Shown in pieces: positions 60,420-64,000 of a stretch of 64,000 bases of DNA (position 1 is the stretch's first letter; each line of letters begins with the position of its first letter). The notes beneath the pieces are model-generated. The model did not search any database, was not told the DNA's origin, and worked only from the letters and a program-made list of their open reading frames with translations. The position numbers and the translations under genes are program-made. This stretch comes from Antedon mediterranea (lineage: Eukaryota; Animalia; Echinodermata): positions 11,718,001-11,782,000 of the forward strand of contig NC_092674.1 in assembly GCF_964355755.1 (NCBI RefSeq), read 5' to 3'.

Positions 60420-63302
60420 AGGTTTTTAATATTAATATTTTCTTTGGACACTCTGGCAATGAGTGAATGGCAGTTAAAACAAAAGAGCAGCATTGAACAT
60501 CTATTTTTTCTTCCATGTACTTACGAATTTCCATGAAGGTACACCGAGCTCAGTAATATCAAAACGTTCCTCAAAAAGTTTCCGAGCATATTTGATAGAA
60601 TTGATGATGATGAATTAACATGTGTAATGCAAATGATTAATCTAGAAAAAAAGAAAGCTTACCTTGTGGGAGACTATAACATAAACTTACTCCAACAATC
60701 TACCGACAACACTATCCAATCACACTTAGACACAATATTTTCTCAGTCATTTCAGCCAATCATAAAAAGTCCTACTAGAATATCCGATAATTGTGCTTCA
60801 ATAATTGATAACATTTATTGCAACATCGATTCTTTTACTACGTCCCTTAAAAGTGGAATACTTATTACTGATATTTCTGATCACTTCCCAATATTCTGTG
60901 TAGATACTTTGGAAAAACATAATAAGCAATATCCTTGATTTGTATACAAACGACAATACTCTCCTCAACAAACGGAGTATTTTTTGCAAGAATTACAAAG
61001 TAATCAGTGGAATGATGTGCTATTCTCAAATAATGCGAATGTTGCTTATCAAAATTTTACAAACACTTTAAATAAAACAATTGATAATTGTTTCCCTTTA
61101 AAACGAATTAGAAATAAGGCGAACAAGTTAAAATCTCCTTGGATCACAGCTGAAATTGCCAGAGCTATCTCTCAAAAACATAAATTATATAAAAAGTACA
61201 AACAAAATAACACCACTACTAATAAAAGTACGTACATAAATTTTAGAAACAAGTTAACCACTACTATTAGAAATCGGAAAAAAGAATATTATATGGTCCA
61301 GTTTGAACGAAATAAACAAGATATTAAAAAAACGTGGACAATCCTAAATGATATAATGGGTAGGAAAAAGACTACCAATTTGCCTACAAAAATAAAATTG
61401 GGTACTGAGACTTTCTCTGATAATGATGAGAAAGCTGATGCATTCAACTCTTTTTTTATTAATATTGGAGAAAAACTAAATAATAAATTTAGGCATGAAC
61501 CTCAAAATGAAGAAATCACCCACAGAACTTTCTTAAAGGGAAATTTTACCTCTTCAATGTTTTTTAAGCCTGTTACTGAACATGAACTTAACCACTATAT
61601 TAAAAACACAAAGAATACTTCTCCTGGCCATGATGGTATAAGTGCCCAACTCATAAAATCTGCTTCCCCGTTTATTTTAAAACCTTTATTGCATATTATT
61701 AATACGTCATTATCATCGGGCTGTGTCCCGGCTGATATAAAAATTGCTAAAGTTATCCCGGTATTTAAGAATGGTGACATCTCCGATATAAATAATTATC
61801 GGCCTATTTCCATTTTACCCTTTTTTTCCAAAATATTTGAGAGGATTGTGTATGATCAAACGATTTGTTACCTCTCAAAATATAACGTACTGAGTAAAAC
61901 ACAGTATGGATTTAGACAACACCATTCAACTAGTCATGCTTTAATACAATCGATTGAAAAAATCACAAACGCTATTGAGAATAAAGAGTTCACACTAGGA
62001 GTTTTCCTTGATTTATCAAAAGCGTTTGATACAATCGATCATGATATATTATTAGATAAGTTAAGATTTTATGGTATAAGAGGAGTTCCGCTAAACTGGT
62101 TCTCAAACTATCTTAAAAAAAGACTACAATACACATTAATTGTTAATACTGCATCTAGTAAAATGACAGTAAACACTGGAGTTCCTCAGGGATCCATATT
62201 GGGTCCATTATTATTTCTTATATTCATTAATGATATTAGTCTAGCATGTAACCATGTAGACATGATTATGTATGCAGATGACACAAATGTGTTTTATAGT
62301 CACAATGATGTTACTCAAGCTTTTGATACAATGAACCAGGAGTTATCTATACTTTCGGACTGGTTTATTGCTAACAAATTAACGCTAAATGTAAACAAAT
62401 CAAAATATGTTATATTTAAGGCTAGAAATAAGTCAGCTGACACTACCTCACTAGAATTGAGGATGGGAAATGAATGTATAGTAAAAGCTACTGAAGTTAA
62501 ATTTCTAGGCTTATTTCTGGATGAAACTTTATCGTTTAATTTTCATGTAAATGAGGTAGCAAACAGTATTTCTAGAATAATTGGTGTCTTAAACAAAGTG
62601 AAGTCTATGTTATCAAGTAAAATCTTGTTAACGGTATACAATGCACTTATATTACCTAGAATAACGTATGCTATCACAGTATGGGGTGCTACTTCTGCTA
62701 CAAACTTAAACCGTATACATATTCTCCAGAAAAAAGCACTTAGAAATATTTGTCATGTTCATTTTATGCATCCTTCTCATCCACTTTTTATTTCAACCCA
62801 AACATTAAATATTTTTGACCTTTATACGAAACACACTGCTATATTTATGTATCAATATAAACATAATCTATTACCTGAATCATTTAATAACTTATTTAGT
62901 ACATCTGCCTCATTCCATAATTACTCAACTAGAAACAGGTCAAACTACTGTCCACAACTAAAACGCACCAAAGTCGGACAGCAATGTATTTCCTACCAAG
63001 GAACACATATTTGGAACAATTTAACAGACTATATAAAACAATCCCCCACTTTAAGTTTGTTTAAACAGAGATTAAAGCAATATTATAACAATAGAAATAT
63101 TTAAGTTAAGTAAATCACATTATGTTATTTTGGTTTGTTCTTTTTGTTTGTACTAATTGTTTGATCTTTTTGTTAGGGTTACATGCTTAAAGCACTTGTG
63201 CTTATTTTGTATCCCATTCCATTATCTTATTATTTGTATTGTATTTGTATATGTTTTTATTTTGATTATGGAATAAAAATGTCGATGAATTGAATTGAAT
63301 TG
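60420..63302 (+). mobile_element. L2/Crack/Daphne-group LINE, 5'-truncated, young
   Basis: APE C-terminus (VGDYNIN, ITDISDHFPIF) at 60627-60938, long RT ORF, AATAAA plus (GAATT)n tail. Confidence 0.93.
60984..63104 (+). CDS. LINE ORF2 reverse transcriptase portion
   Basis: 706-aa open frame with NYRPIS, QYGFR, FLDLSKAFDTIDH, GVPQGSILGP and YADDT; out of frame with the endonuclease part. Confidence 0.9.
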   Translation: MQELQSNQWNDVLFSNNANVAYQNFTNTLNKTIDNCFPLKRIRNKANKLKSPWITAEIARAISQKHKLYKKYKQNNTTTNKSTYINFRNKLTTTIRNRKKEYYMVQFERNKQDIKKTWTILNDIMGRKKTTNLPTKIKLGTETFSDNDEKADAFNSFFINIGEKLNNKFRHEPQNEEITHRTFLKGNFTSSMFFKPVTEHELNHYIKNTKNTSPGHDGISAQLIKSASPFILKPLLHIINTSLSSGCVPADIKIAKVIPVFKNGDISDINNYRPISILPFFSKIFERIVYDQTICYLSKYNVLSKTQYGFRQHHSTSHALIQSIEKITNAIENKEFTLGVFLDLSKAFDTIDHDILLDKLRFYGIRGVPLNWFSNYLKKRLQYTLIVNTASSKMTVNTGVPQGSILGPLLFLIFINDISLACNHVDMIMYADDTNVFYSHNDVTQAFDTMNQELSILSDWFIANKLTLNVNKSKYVIFKARNKSADTTSLELRMGNECIVKATEVKFLGLFLDETLSFNFHVNEVANSISRIIGVLNKVKSMLSSKILLTVYNALILPRITYAITVWGATSATNLNRIHILQKKALRNICHVHFMHPSHPLFISTQTLNIFDLYTKHTAIFMYQYKHNLLPESFNNLFSTSASFHNYSTRNRSNYCPQLKRTKVGQQCISYQGTHIWNNLTDYIKQSPTLSLFKQRLKQYYNNRNI

Positions 63303-64000
63303 TTTCATTGCAGGACCATATTGAAAAAACAGATATTTTGTGATCTTTTATTTTCTGAATTATGTTATCCTGCCTAAATATGTTTTAATAAATAAATAAA
63401 TAATAGTCAACATCCGGATGTAATTTTCCATATATTACGAAAGGTTACGCAAAATAAAAGACATTGTCCTGTATGACTATACAGAGCTAAACAGATAAAC
63501 ACGTATGTATTAATCATAAATGAACTAAATGAATGCAACATCGCGACAGGAGAGTCTTGGGTTAATGCGCTCATCGGTTTCGGGATATTGTTGAACATCC
63601 ACGATAATTAACGTCAATTCTTAGAAATGAACGCACAGTCACCCCTGGTCTGGTGTATTCTGTGGCTAATATTGCGGATAATACAATGGTTAAATGTCTG
63701 TTATTAGTCGCGTACAAACGTAACTCTATAGCTTACTATGTCAGTCAGAATTGGTCGGTCGGTCGGTAAAAACCAACTAAAATTTGCGCACGCGACTGGG
63801 CCAGCCATATATATGGCCTTGTTATTGATGATTAAAGGTACAGCTATTTTGTGTTCATAAAATTTGAATAATTTTTATTCTTTCTAATTTCATAACTCTA
63901 CATTTAATGACACATGTATAATACTATCTCACAGTCAAGATTATTATAATGTATACAGATTACTTGATTGTACGTTTCTGGTAATGTTCAACATAAAACT

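Overview
AT-rich animal genomic DNA, probably an invertebrate deuterostome such as an echinoderm (inferred, not proven). The only host genes form a minus-strand tandem cluster of ST6GalNAc III-VI-type (GT29) sialyltransferases: copy A looks intact in its four visible exons (33150-35663), copy B is a pseudogene (44943-48183, candidate ATG exon at 52138-52164), and copy C survives only as remnants (1736-7307, 19203-19553). The rest is mostly mobile DNA: a full-length but disabled BEL/Pao LTR element (7389-14642), a pol-less LTR element (22127-25260), a solo LTR, two non-autonomous Helitron families with head-to-tail junctions and an empty site visible in a paralog, a long-TIR element, CR1/L2/Rex/Tx1 LINE fragments, a Penelope fragment with a minimal hammerhead ribozyme, MITEs, and tRNA-derived cassettes in (TA)n. 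The most striking signal is a record of cut-and-paste excision scars. One class is P/Galileo-type palindromic scars between 7-bp GTnnnAC duplications, including three stacked at 15568-15656, one an exact 17+17 nt palindrome. The other is recurrent TA-GGCC-TA / TA-GCC-TA scars, shown to be insertions by comparing sister repeat copies in the window. All calls were made by eye, and boundaries of degenerate elements are approximate.
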